A DNA stretch of 64,000 nucleotides, taken from the NCBI GenBank assembly GCA_046484865.1, contig JAWOID010000116.1, positions 1 to 64,000 of the forward strand, given 5' to 3'. Numbering within the stretch: the first letter of the stretch is position 1; each line of letters opens with the position of its first letter. Shown piece by piece: positions 38,562 through 49,036 of the stretch. Origin of the DNA: Candidatus Krumholzibacteriia bacterium. Lineage in GTDB: Bacteria; Krumholzibacteriota; Krumholzibacteriia; LZORAL124-64-63. The translations under genes and the position numbers were made by a program. Under the pieces are notes generated by a model. The model was not told where the DNA came from. It saw only the letters and a program-made list of their open reading frames with translations, and ran no database searches.

Positions 38562-39430
38562 CCTTCCTCGTGACGGGTGCGGCGGGCATGCTCGGGCGGG
38601 CGGTGCTGCGGCGGCTGGGGCCTGCGGGCGCGGGGATCGACCTGCCCGACGGCGACCTCACCGACCCGGCGGCCGTCAGCGACGTCTTCACGCACCACCA
38701 TCCCGCCTGGGTGATCCACTGCGCGGCGTTCACCGACGTGGACGGCGCCGAGGACCAGCGGGAGCGCGCCCGGGCGGTGAACGCCACCGCCACGGGCCAT
38801 CTCGCCTACGCGTGCGAGCAGAGCGGCGCCGGCCTGTCGTACGTGAGCACCGACTACGTGTTCGACGGTTCCGCCGCCGAAGGCTACGCCGAGGATGCGC
38901 CGCGCCGGCCGATCAACCACTACGGCGCGACCAAGGCCGAAGGCGAACGGGTGGTGGAGACGCTGAGCGTGCCGTGGCAGATCGTGCGCACGAGCTGGCT
39001 CTTCGGGCACGGGCCGAAGCACTTCCCGGGCACCGTGCGTCGCTTGCTGCGGGAGCGGGAGACGGTGCGAGTGGTGAACGATCAACGCGGCTCCCCCACC
39101 TACAGCGAGGATCTCGCCGCCGTGCTGGTCTGCCTGGCGCGGGCGCGCGCGCGCGGCGTCTTCCACGCCACGAACGCCGGCGTCTGCACGTGGTGGGAGT
39201 TCGCGCGGGAGATCGCTCGCCGGGACGGGCACGACCCGCAGCGCGTCGTGGCGTGCTCGAGCGACGAGTTCCCGACGGCGGCGCGGCGTCCGGCCTGCTC
39301 CGTGCTGCTGGACACGCGACTCGCGGAGACGGGCTGTCCGGCGGCCCCGCCGTGGCAGGACGCCCTCGCTCGCTACATCGCGGCCACCGATCTGGCCGGT
39401 CCCGATCCCGCCGCCGCCGGAGCCGGCTGA
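38558..39430 (+). CDS. rfbD: dTDP-4-dehydrorhamnose reductase
   Basis: GAAGMLG, HCAAFTDVDGAE, STDYVFDG, YGATK and DQRGSPT motifs. Confidence 0.93.
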   Translation: MTFLVTGAAGMLGRAVLRRLGPAGAGIDLPDGDLTDPAAVSDVFTHHHPAWVIHCAAFTDVDGAEDQRERARAVNATATGHLAYACEQSGAGLSYVSTDYVFDGSAAEGYAEDAPRRPINHYGATKAEGERVVETLSVPWQIVRTSWLFGHGPKHFPGTVRRLLRERETVRVVNDQRGSPTYSEDLAAVLVCLARARARGVFHATNAGVCTWWEFAREIARRDGHDPQRVVACSSDEFPTAARRPACSVLLDTRLAETGCPAAPPWQDALARYIAATDLAGPDPAAAGAG

Positions 39431-39604
39431 GCGCGAGGCGGGACAGCTGCGAGCCGGCAAGCCGGACTTGTGCCGGCGGCCGGATCGTGCGAATCATATG
39501 AGTCTGGAACGGATGCTGCCCGGGGAACCGGCCGGGCGGGCGTCTGGTCGCCACCGTCCATCACGATCATCAGTCACGAGCGTCCGCAGCGCGAAGGAAG
39601 CCGC

Positions 39605-40246
39605 ATGACACCGCCTCCCAGTGGCGACGGATCCCGGGACGATCCCGACCTTCTCGCCGCCGACCTCTTCACCGCGACCGTGGCCGAGTTGCGCGACACG
39701 CTCGACCGGCTCGACGAGGAGCACGTCCGCGCCGTGCAGGCGCTGGTGGACGACGTGCTCGCCGCCTGGCGCGCCGGCGGCAAGCTCCTGGTCTGCGGCA
39801 ACGGCGGCAGCGCGGCGGACAGCCAGCACATCGCCGCCGAGCTGGTCGGCCGCTACCTGGTGGACCGGCCCGCCCTGGCGGCCGTCGCCTTGACCACCGA
39901 TACCTCGACGCTCACGGCCGTGGCCAACGACTGCGGCTACGACAGGGTGTTCGCGCGCCAGGTGGAGGCGCTCGGTCGCTCCGGAGACGTGCTGCTGGTG
40001 ATCTCCACCTCGGGCAACTCCGGCAATTGCGTGGAAGCGGCGGCGGCGGCGCGCAGGCGCGGACTGCGGACCCACGCGCTGCTGGGCGGTGACGGCGGCC
40101 GGTTGCGGTCGCTCGTCGATGGGGCCTTCGTGGCGCCCTCGGCGCACACGCCGCGGATCCAGGAGGTGCACATCACCGCGGCGCATCTCGTGTGCGATCT
40201 GCTGGAGCGAAGAGCCGTCGCGGAAGGGCTGGGCCGGCATGACTGA
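39605..40246 (+). CDS. gmhA: Phosphoheptose isomerase
   Basis: CGNGGSAADSQH, AND, ISTSGNS and PRIQEVH motifs. Confidence 0.92.
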   Translation: MTPPPSGDGSRDDPDLLAADLFTATVAELRDTLDRLDEEHVRAVQALVDDVLAAWRAGGKLLVCGNGGSAADSQHIAAELVGRYLVDRPALAAVALTTDTSTLTAVANDCGYDRVFARQVEALGRSGDVLLVISTSGNSGNCVEAAAAARRRGLRTHALLGGDGGRLRSLVDGAFVAPSAHTPRIQEVHITAAHLVCDLLERRAVAEGLGRHD

Positions 40247-41747
40247 CCGCCGCCTGCGCGACCGCAGCCCGCTCGAGGCGGGACTGCTGATGGCCGGCGA
40301 CGCCTTCATGCTCGAGGCGGCGTTCCTGGCGGCGTACTGGATCCGCTTCTACAGCGGCGTCTGGCTGGTGCCGCTCGGCATCCCGCCGCTCTCGCTCTAC
40401 CTGGGCGCCAGCGCCGTGGTGATCGCGGTCTTCCTCGGGATCTTCTACGCCTCCGGGCTCTACAGCGACCGTGGCGACCGCCGGCTCGCCGACGACCTGC
40501 TCAAGCTGGTGAAGGGCGTGGTGCTGGGCAGCCTCCTGGTGCTCGCGCTGGCCTTCTTCCTCAAGCGCGAGGCCTACAGCCGCTCGTTCTTCGGTCTCTT
40601 CTTCCTGACCAGCCTGGCGGGTCTGATCGCCGGGCGCGTGGCGATGCGCAGCCTCGTACGTCGCATCCTGCCCCTGCGCACCCGCATCCTGCTGGTCGGC
40701 GCCAGCCCCATGCGTGACCGCGTGCTGTGGCTGTCCCGGCAGTTCCCGGGGCTGCGTCTGGAACCGGTCGGCTGGGTCGATCTCGGCGGGAGCGACCGGA
40801 CCACCCGCGGGCCCGCGGCCGACGAGCAGGAGTGTCGCGACGGCGGCGGAGGAGGGAGCGTGCTGGTGCGCCGGCGCATCGGCGGCGGCGACGCGCCGGC
40901 GATCCCCGCCGCCGAGCCCGTGCGCTGCCTGGGGCGGCTCTCGGACGTGAGGCGGCTGGTGGTCGAGCACGAGGTGGATCGGGTGGTCCTCACGCTTCCC
41001 TTCTCGGACCTCGAGCAGGTGGCGGTGATCACGGAGGAACTGGCGAATCTCAGCGTCGACCTCCAGTTCGTGCCCGACCTGTTCGCGTTGCACCTGAGCC
41101 GCATGCGCATGACGGAGATCGGCGGCATCCCCTTCCTCTCCGTGCGCGAGGATGCTCTCAGCGGCGCCGATCGCGTGGTGAAGCGCACCTTCGACGTGAT
41201 GGCGTCGGGGGCCGGGCTGCTGCTGCTGTCGCCGCTGCTGGTGGCGCTGGCGGCTGCGGTCAAGCTCACGTCGCCCGGACCGGTGTTCTACCGGCAGGCC
41301 CGGGTGGGGCGCGACGGTCGGGAGTTCCACATGGCCAAGTTCCGGTCCATGCGCGCGGACGCCGAGAACGACTCGGGTCCGGTATGGACGGTGGTGGAGG
41401 ATCCGCGGGTGACCCCGGTGGGGCGATTCCTGCGCCGCTGGAGCCTGGACGAGCTGCCGCAGCTCTGGAACGTGCTGGCGGGGGACATGAGCCTCGTGGG
41501 ACCGCGTCCCGAGCGCAAGGTGTTCGTGGAGCGCTTCGTGGAACGGATGCCCCGCTACTTCGAGCGGCACCGGGTGAAGTCGGGTCTGACGGGCTGGGCG
41601 CAGGTGAACGGACTGCGCGGCAACACGAGCATCGAGGAGCGCACCCTGTACGATCTGCACTACGTCGAGAACTGGTCGCTCGGTCTGGACATCAAGATCC
41701 TGCTCATGACGGTGCATCACGTGCTGCGAGGAGAGAACGCTTACTAG
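40239..41747 (+). CDS. Undecaprenyl-phosphate glucose phosphotransferase (WcaJ-like initiating transferase)
   Basis: KRTFD, KFRSM, DELPQLWNV, MSLVGPRP, GLTGWAQVNG and YVENWSL motifs. Confidence 0.9.
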   Translation: MTDRRLRDRSPLEAGLLMAGDAFMLEAAFLAAYWIRFYSGVWLVPLGIPPLSLYLGASAVVIAVFLGIFYASGLYSDRGDRRLADDLLKLVKGVVLGSLLVLALAFFLKREAYSRSFFGLFFLTSLAGLIAGRVAMRSLVRRILPLRTRILLVGASPMRDRVLWLSRQFPGLRLEPVGWVDLGGSDRTTRGPAADEQECRDGGGGGSVLVRRRIGGGDAPAIPAAEPVRCLGRLSDVRRLVVEHEVDRVVLTLPFSDLEQVAVITEELANLSVDLQFVPDLFALHLSRMRMTEIGGIPFLSVREDALSGADRVVKRTFDVMASGAGLLLLSPLLVALAAAVKLTSPGPVFYRQARVGRDGREFHMAKFRSMRADAENDSGPVWTVVEDPRVTPVGRFLRRWSLDELPQLWNVLAGDMSLVGPRPERKVFVERFVERMPRYFERHRVKSGLTGWAQVNGLRGNTSIEERTLYDLHYVENWSLGLDIKILLMTVHHVLRGENAY

Positions 41748-41749
41748 CC

Positions 41750-42685
41750 ATGGCGACCGCACCCGTCACTCCGCGGACCACCTACGGCCTGGCCGCCGCC
41801 TTCGTGACGAGCCTGCGGCCCCGGCAATGGACGAAGAACCTCATCCTCTTCGCCGGCGTGATCTTCGCGCAGCGGCTGTCGGAGCAGGCGTGCGTGGTGC
41901 GGGCGGCGCTGGGCGTGGTGGTCTTCTGTGCGGCGTCGGGCGTGGTTTACGTGTTCAACGACGTCGTGGACCTCGAGCGCGACCGGCAGCATCCCTACAA
42001 GCGCCTGCGTCCGGTGGCGGCAGGGACCCTGCCCGTGCCCGTGGCCGTGCGCGGCGGGTTGGCCCTGGGAATCGTCGCGCTCGGCGCGGCAGCCCTGCTG
42101 GGCTGGCGCTTCCTGGCCGGCGTGACGGCCTTCTTCCTGTGGAACTGGCTCTACTCGCGCGTGCTCAAGCACGTCATCGTCCTGGATGTCACGGGGATCG
42201 GCGTCAGCTTCGTGGTGCGCGCGGTGGCGGGCGTGCTGGTGATCCTGCCCGCCTGTCCCGGCGTGAACATCTCCGCCTGGCTGCTGGTCTGCACGTTCTT
42301 CCTGTCGCTGTTCCTGGGCTTCTGCAAGCGCCGCGACGAGAAGCTGAAGGTCTCGCCCCACGGCCTGGAGACCCGGCCCGCGCTGCAGGCGTATTCCGAG
42401 CCGCTGCTCAACGCGATGATCGGGGTCTCGTTCGGCCTGGCCGTCGCCGCCTACGCCGTGTACACGGTATGGCCGACCACCGTGGCGCACTTCGGCACCC
42501 GCGATCTCATCTACACCGTGCCGTTCGTCCTGGCCGGCATGGGACGCTACCTCTACCTCGTCTTCCGCGAGGGCCGCGGCGGGCGCCCCCACGAGATCCT
42601 GCTGAACGATGCGTTGCTGCAGATCGCCGTGGTCGGCTGGATCGTCACGGCGGTCCTGATCATCGGGACGGGAGGAGCGGCTTGA
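41750..42685 (+). CDS. UbiA-family decaprenyl-phosphate phosphoribosyltransferase-like protein
   Basis: RPRQWTKNL, YVFNDVVD..DRQHP.KRLRP and KRRDE motifs. Confidence 0.85.
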   Translation: MATAPVTPRTTYGLAAAFVTSLRPRQWTKNLILFAGVIFAQRLSEQACVVRAALGVVVFCAASGVVYVFNDVVDLERDRQHPYKRLRPVAAGTLPVPVAVRGGLALGIVALGAAALLGWRFLAGVTAFFLWNWLYSRVLKHVIVLDVTGIGVSFVVRAVAGVLVILPACPGVNISAWLLVCTFFLSLFLGFCKRRDEKLKVSPHGLETRPALQAYSEPLLNAMIGVSFGLAVAAYAVYTVWPTTVAHFGTRDLIYTVPFVLAGMGRYLYLVFREGRGGRPHEILLNDALLQIAVVGWIVTAVLIIGTGGAA

Positions 42686-43755
42686 GATCCGCCGTGGCAG
42701 TGGTGGGGACGCGGCCCGAGACGGTGCGCGAGGACTACGCGCGGCTGCTGCGGTTGATCGGCGCCGGCGCGGGCGAAGGCGGCGGCAGCGCCTGGGTGGC
42801 GGCGACGGAGGCGCTGGCGTGGCCGCCGGCGCCTGCCGCCGGCTCGCCGCCGTGGCAGCTCGACGGAACGCTGGCGGTGCTCGCGGCGCCCGGTGCGACC
42901 GTGACCGTGGGACATGGCGCCGGAGCCGCCCGCGCCCGGGAGGGGTACGGCTGGAGCGGGGTGATCGCGGCGTACGGGGCGGAGCTGGTGAGCCTCGCGG
43001 AGCGGGACCGAACCGACGGCGACGGTCCGTCCGCCGACCTCGAGGTCGCGGCGGAACGCTTGCAGGCGCTGCGGGGACGACCGGCGGTGCTGCTGGCGAC
43101 GGCCCGGACCGACGGCGTCACCGGCGTCGGCGGCGCCGTGGCCATGGGCTGGGCGGATCTGGTGCCTCGGCCCGGACGCGGCGTCCGGCGGCGGCGGGCG
43201 GAACTGCTGGCCGCTGCGCTGGAGGCTCGCCGCGCGGCGCACCCGCGCCTGCTGGCGGTGATCGACGCCGCGGTGGTGGGAGTGGGGCCTGCTCCTGACG
43301 CCCTGAGCCCGGTCCAGACCCACGTGCTGCTCGCGAGCGAGGACCCGGTGGCGGTGGACGCGGTCTTCTGCCGGTGGCTGGGGCGCGACCCGCTCGCGGT
43401 CCCGCACCTGCGCGCCTGCGCCGACCGCGGGCTGGGACGCGCCGCGCCGCGGGAGATTCGCCTGCGGGGCGAGACGGCACTCCTCGACCGGGCGCCCGGC
43501 GTGGCGCCCGACGCTCCGGCGGGCACGCCGCTGCCGGCGGCGCACGGCGTCCGCGATCGAGCCGGGGGGCTGGCACGCTGGCTCGGCGCCACGCCGCTGG
43601 CGCCCGTGGGCGCCGCCATGGGAGGAGCCGGCGCGGTGGTGTCGCTGGCGCCGCTGCGTCGCCGCCGGGATTGGCGCCGCTTTCTCGAGACGGGCTGGGG
43701 ACGGCTGTGGCAAGCGTACCTGGGCGGCATGCCGGGCGCTGAGGAGAGATCATGA
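42682..43755 (+). CDS. DUF362-like protein (divergent)
   Basis: PPWQLDG, IDAAVVG.G and ASEDPVAVD motifs; overlaps both neighbours by 4 bp. Confidence 0.6.
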   Translation: MRSAVAVVGTRPETVREDYARLLRLIGAGAGEGGGSAWVAATEALAWPPAPAAGSPPWQLDGTLAVLAAPGATVTVGHGAGAARAREGYGWSGVIAAYGAELVSLAERDRTDGDGPSADLEVAAERLQALRGRPAVLLATARTDGVTGVGGAVAMGWADLVPRPGRGVRRRRAELLAAALEARRAAHPRLLAVIDAAVVGVGPAPDALSPVQTHVLLASEDPVAVDAVFCRWLGRDPLAVPHLRACADRGLGRAAPREIRLRGETALLDRAPGVAPDAPAGTPLPAAHGVRDRAGGLARWLGATPLAPVGAAMGGAGAVVSLAPLRRRRDWRRFLETGWGRLWQAYLGGMPGAEERS

Positions 43756-44687
43756 ACGGCGGCGAAGGAAGCGGCCGGCCCGTGCACACCGGCCGCACCG
43801 AGGCGTTGCGCACTCCGGCCAAGGTGAACCTCCACCTGGAAGTCCTGCGCCGGAGGTCCGATGGGTACCACGAGATCGAGACCATCTACCAGGCCATCCA
43901 GATCTTCGACGAGGTCCGCGTCACGCTCGAGGAACGGCGTCCCGGGGGCGAGCCCGACATCCAGGTGCGCACCCGGCCGTCGGGCGCCGCGCCGGACGGC
44001 CCGGAGAATCTCTGCTGGCAGGCGGCCCGGCTGTTCTGCCACGAGATGCGGGTCAGTGGCCGCCTGGTCATCGAGTTGCTCAAGGAGATCCCCGCGGGGG
44101 CCGGCCTGGGGGGCGGCAGCAGCGACGCAGCCGCCACCCTGCTGGCCTGCGATCGGCTCTTCGGCACCGATCTCGACGCGCGGCCACTGACGCGCCTCGC
44201 GGCGAAGGTGGGGGCGGACGTGCCGTTCTTCCTCAGGGGCGCCACGGCGCTCGGCCGCGGCACCGGCACGACCCTCACCCCCCTGCCCGCGATCCGCTCC
44301 GGACGGTTCCTGGTGGTCAAACCCGACTTCGATCTGCTCACGGAGCGGGTCTATGCCGAGTTGAAAATAGGATTGACAGTTCGCGGGCCCGTCGCTAACA
44401 TCCAGAGCGCCAGTGCATTAATCGCCAGGTTCCCAACGAGTTCCTGGTTCGGGTTCAATCGGCTCGAGGAGGTGGTCCTCCCCGGGTATCCGATGCTGCA
44501 GCGGCTGGTGTTCTCGCTCCGCGAGGAGGCCGAGATCGCCATGATGTGCGGCAGCGGATCCGCGGTGGTGGCTGTGTTCTCCGACGAGAGCCGAGCAGGG
44601 GGGGAAGCCGAGAAGTTGGAGAGGTTACATCCATACGTGCGGGTCGTCGGACCTCACCCGGGAGGCGCCGAGTTCTTGTCGAGATGA
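43752..44687 (+). CDS. ispE: 4-diphosphocytidyl-2-C-methyl-D-erythritol kinase
   Basis: PAKVNLHL, DGYHEI, IPAGAGLGGGSSDAA, GADVPFF and GSGS motifs. Confidence 0.95.
   Translation: MNGGEGSGRPVHTGRTEALRTPAKVNLHLEVLRRRSDGYHEIETIYQAIQIFDEVRVTLEERRPGGEPDIQVRTRPSGAAPDGPENLCWQAARLFCHEMRVSGRLVIELLKEIPAGAGLGGGSSDAAATLLACDRLFGTDLDARPLTRLAAKVGADVPFFLRGATALGRGTGTTLTPLPAIRSGRFLVVKPDFDLLTERVYAELKIGLTVRGPVANIQSASALIARFPTSSWFGFNRLEEVVLPGYPMLQRLVFSLREEAEIAMMCGSGSAVVAVFSDESRAGGEAEKLERLHPYVRVVGPHPGGAEFLSR
44373..44401 (+). promoter_or_regulatory. Internal sigma70 promoter within ispE (TTGACA-17-TAACAT)
   Basis: Near-consensus hexamers in an AT-rich patch inside the CDS. Confidence 0.7.
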
Positions 44688-44750
44688 TCTCACGATCTCG
44701 ATCTCGGAACCTTCCGTCTCCGAGGGCCGGGGGAGCAGGGAGCGTGCATC

Positions 44751-45083
44751 TTGGAGATTACCGAGATCAGAATCACCTTGCGCGATGACAACAAGCTGAA
44801 GGGTTTTGCCAGCATCACCCTGGACGACTGCTTCGTCATCCGAGGACTCAAGATCATCGAGGGCGCGTCCGGTCTGTTCATCGCCATGCCCAGCCGCAAG
44901 CGGAAGGATGGCACCTTCCAGGACATCGCCCATCCCATCAACATGACCACCCGGGAGTGGCTCGAGAACCAGGTGATCGCGACCTACAAGCGGGAGGTCC
45001 AGCGGGTCGAGCGGGGGGAGATCCCTCCGCCGGGCGTCTCGAACGCGGACGGGGACCATGGAGCCCTTGAGGAGAGCTACTGA
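44751..45083 (+). CDS. spoVG: SpoVG family nucleic-acid-binding protein
   Basis: MEITEIRI, ASITLDDCFVI, FIAMPSRK and DIAHPIN motifs. Confidence 0.93.
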   Translation: MEITEIRITLRDDNKLKGFASITLDDCFVIRGLKIIEGASGLFIAMPSRKRKDGTFQDIAHPINMTTREWLENQVIATYKREVQRVERGEIPPPGVSNADGDHGALEESY

Positions 45084-45099
45084 GCACGACAGGATCCGC

Positions 45100-45174
45100 T
45101 GGGGCGTCGTCAAGTGGTAAGACACAAGGTTTTGGTCCTTGCATTCGCAGGTTCGAATCCTGCCGCCCCAGCCA
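45100..45174 (+). tRNA. tRNA-Gln(TTG)
   Basis: CAAGG-TT-TTG-GT-CCTTG anticodon arm, T-arm and CCA. Confidence 0.96.
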
Positions 45175-45300
45175 GGATTCTCGACCTGTCGAGTCAGTTC
45201 CTCCTGCCACGCGGGGCAGCGGGTCGCCCCGCGCTTCGTCTTCTCCACCCGCTCCCGCCGCCGCCCGCGGGGTCCGGGTCGTCTGCGAGGCGAACCTAGC

Positions 45301-46239
<939 letters not shown>

Positions 46240-46479
46240 GAACTCCTGGACCGAGCCTGGCCCGCGCGCGCCTTGACACCGCCGCCGGAGGGTGCTTTCT
46301 TACCACGTCCTTCGCCCGGCGCACGCCGGGTGTTCACATCTGGAGTCGTTCCGACGATCCGGCCGGCCGGGGGCTACACCGGCCGCAGGCGCGCCGCCGC
46401 ACCGGCGAGATGCGCCGAGGACCCTTGCCGCCAGGACGGCGAGCCCCGGGATCGCGGTGACGACGGGAGGCATCGAGTC

Positions 46480-47130
46480 ATGGGTCTCGTCGAACTGAAG
46501 GTCTTCCCGCGGAGCACCGGCGGGAAGAACGCGAACCGCCGTACCCGCGCCGCGGGCTATACCCCGGCGGTCATCTACGGATACGAACGGCAGGCGCAGG
46601 CGGTCCAGCTGGATTCCAAGGAGCTCGTCCTCGTCCTGCAGCGTCTGGCGGGACACAGCGCCATCTTCTCCCTGCGCGAGGAGGGAGCCCAGGCGCCGGC
46701 AATCGCGCTGCTGCGCGAGGTGCAGCGGCATCCCGTGCGCGACGAGATCCTGCACGTGGATCTCTTCGAGATTCCCCGGGGCGAGCCGGTGGAGGTGCCG
46801 GTCTCGATCCGGCTGGTCGGCGAATCGCAGGCGGTCAAGCGCAACGAGGGGAACCTCTCGCAGTCGCTGACGCAGGTGGAGATCCGCTGCCTGCCGGGCG
46901 AACTGCCCGAGACCATCGACGTGGACATCAGCGAACTGGGCGTCAACGACAAGGTCTACGTCGGCGACCTGACATCGCCGGTCGGCGAGATCGTCTCCGA
47001 CCGCGAACTGCTCGTGGTGGCCGTGAAGGCGCCCGCCATCTTCGCAGCGACCGAGGCGGAGGGCGAGGAAGACGCCGCCGCCGCGGAGGGCGCCGAGACC
47101 GCCGAGGACGAGACGGAGTCCGGCGAATAG
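46480..47130 (+). CDS. rplY: 50S ribosomal protein L25/Ctc
   Basis: PAVIYG, QRHPV...HVD and an acidic tail; in prs-rplY-pth order. Confidence 0.93.
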   Translation: MGLVELKVFPRSTGGKNANRRTRAAGYTPAVIYGYERQAQAVQLDSKELVLVLQRLAGHSAIFSLREEGAQAPAIALLREVQRHPVRDEILHVDLFEIPRGEPVEVPVSIRLVGESQAVKRNEGNLSQSLTQVEIRCLPGELPETIDVDISELGVNDKVYVGDLTSPVGEIVSDRELLVVAVKAPAIFAATEAEGEEDAAAAEGAETAEDETESGE

Positions 47131-47276
47131 AACCGGCCGCCGCTCGCGACGCCGCCGGCGCGGCGGTCCGGGTGTGGCGCGGCAATCGAGACGACGCTGG
47201 CGGCGGGCGGGAAGGTGTTCCCGCCCGCCGCTGTGCGCGGGGCGTCGTCGTCGGTGGTCCACGGGAGGTGCGAGGC

Positions 47277-48083
47277 GTGCTCCACCTGGTGATCGGCCTG
47301 GGCAACCCGGGCGCCCGGTACGCGGGCAACCGTCACAACGTGGGCTTCCGCGTGGTGGACGAACTGGCTCGGCGCGCCGGCGTCGCTCTCGCGCGCGTCC
47401 CCGGCCGCTACGCGGTGGCCGAGGTGGCGTCCGGAGCCGACCGGTGGATCCTGCTCGAGCCCCTCACCTACATGAATCGCAGCGGCGAGGCCGTGCGGTC
47501 GTGGGCCGCCCGCACCGGCGTGCGGGTGACCGGGGCGCCCGTCGGGCTGCCGACCGACGCCGGGCCGGCTTCGCTCGCGGCGGGCCAGGACGCGGGCGTT
47601 GGCGACGGCGCGGCACCGGACACCGGTGCCGGCGCCGTGGCCGGGACGGGTGCGGAGGCCGCCGATCCAGCTTTGCCGGCCGGGAAGGGCGAGGAAACCG
47701 CCGATCCGGCGCTCGCGGGCGGCGTGCGGCCGGTGGTGGTTTGCGACGATCTGTCCCTGCCTTTGGGGGCCGTGCGCATCCGCGCGCGCGGCAGCGCCGG
47801 GGGACAGAAGGGGCTGGCTTCGCTCATCCGGACCCTCGGCGGCGAGGAATTCCCCCGGGTGCGGCTCGGCGTGGGCGATCCGCAGCGGGAGATCGCTCCG
47901 GCCGACTGGGCCGATTACGTGCTCTCGGACTTCGAGCCCGCGCAGGAGGAGGCGGTGTCGGAGATGGTGATCCATGCCGCCGATGCCGTGACCATGCTGC
48001 TGGAGCGGGGCGTCAACACGGCGGCGTCGCGCTGCAATCGGCGCCAGCCGCCGGGCGATCGGTCCGAGCCCGACGACCGGTGA
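47277..48083 (+). CDS. pth: Peptidyl-tRNA hydrolase with internal low-complexity insertion
   Basis: GLGNPG..Y..RHNVGF, TYMNRSG, DDL, RVRLGVG and YVL motifs. Confidence 0.9.
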   Translation: MLHLVIGLGNPGARYAGNRHNVGFRVVDELARRAGVALARVPGRYAVAEVASGADRWILLEPLTYMNRSGEAVRSWAARTGVRVTGAPVGLPTDAGPASLAAGQDAGVGDGAAPDTGAGAVAGTGAEAADPALPAGKGEETADPALAGGVRPVVVCDDLSLPLGAVRIRARGSAGGQKGLASLIRTLGGEEFPRVRLGVGDPQREIAPADWADYVLSDFEPAQEEAVSEMVIHAADAVTMLLERGVNTAASRCNRRQPPGDRSEPDDR

Positions 48084-48107
48084 GCGGCCGGCTGCAGGGG
48101 CCGGGGC

Positions 48108-48136
48108 TTGCTCCGCGGCGCACGAGCCCCTATATT
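48108..48136 (+). promoter_or_regulatory. Putative rpsF promoter (TTGCTC-17-TATATT)
   Basis: Consensus-like hexamers upstream of rpsF. Confidence 0.5.
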
Positions 48137-48249
48137 TCGCGCTTGTCGTTTCGACAGGGGGCCGCGTGCCTCCGCCCGACCAGCATCGCCGCTGGTGGAA
48201 CACATCCCTACCTGGGCAGGGCCCGGCCGCGCCGCTGCAACCGGCAGCA

Positions 48250-48300
48250 TCCTTGACGGCGCGGGCCCGAGACCCAGGTCGTTCAGTCCGAAGGGAGGTG
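48250..48300 (+). promoter_or_regulatory. Candidate S6:S18 ribosomal leader RNA
   Basis: TCCTT can pair with AAGGGA of the SD, with CCG just 5' of the SD, as in S6:S18 leaders. Confidence 0.45.
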
Positions 48301-48306
48301 CCGCCC

Positions 48307-48663
48307 GTGCGTAAGTACGAGTGCATGTTCATTCTGCGGGCCGACCAGCCCGACCAGGAGATGGAATCCCGGGTCGAGCAGGTCGGCGCCATCGTCGCGC
48401 GCAACAACGGTGAGATGACCCACCGGAACCACTGGGGTGTGCGCAAACTCGCCTACGAGATCGATCACGAGAACAAGGGCAACTACATGCTGCTGCAGTT
48501 CCGCAGCGAGGCGGGCGCCGTGGCCGAGATCGACCGCTACCTGCGTCTCGACGACAAGGTGCTGAGGCATCTGGTCGTCGTGGACGAGGAGTGGGCCGAG
48601 CGCAACCGTGCCGCCATGGCCAAGCGCCGCCGTGTCCAGGAGGACACGGACGAGGCGTCCTGA
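48307..48663 (+). CDS. rpsF: 30S ribosomal protein S6
   Basis: RKYECMFIL, WGVRKLAYEI and VLRHL motifs. Confidence 0.95.
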   Translation: MRKYECMFILRADQPDQEMESRVEQVGAIVARNNGEMTHRNHWGVRKLAYEIDHENKGNYMLLQFRSEAGAVAEIDRYLRLDDKVLRHLVVVDEEWAERNRAAMAKRRRVQEDTDEAS

Positions 48664-48752
48664 GCGGGCGGCAAGCCATCGCTCGTCGTGATCGCATCCG
48701 GATCGAGCGGCGTTGCACGCGAGCGTGCCGCCGCTGAGGAAGGGAGAGTGAC

Positions 48753-49022
48753 ATGGCCCGCAAGAACCTGCGGATCAAGAAGAAGAAGAAGAAGAAGAGG
48801 AAGCCTGGCAAACAGAAGGCGTGCTTCTTCTCGAAGATGGGGTACGTCGCCATCGACTACAAGGACGAGGACCTCCTGCGGCGGTTCGTCACCGAGCGCG
48901 GCAAGATCGCGCCGCGCCGGAACACCGGGACGACGGCGCGTTACCAGCGGCTGCTCTCGGTGGCGGTGAAGCGCGCGCGGCACATGGCGCTCCTACCGTA
49001 CGTGCGCGAGTACTTCCGGTAG
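48753..49022 (+). CDS. rpsR: 30S ribosomal protein S18
   Basis: IDYKD, ERGKI.PRR.TG and [11 protein letters not shown] motifs. Confidence 0.95.
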   Translation: MARKNLRIKKKKKKKRKPGKQKACFFSKMGYVAIDYKDEDLLRRFVTERGKIAPRRNTGTTARYQRLLSVAVKRARHMALLPYVREYFR

Positions 49023-49036
49023 CGGACGGTCCGGAG

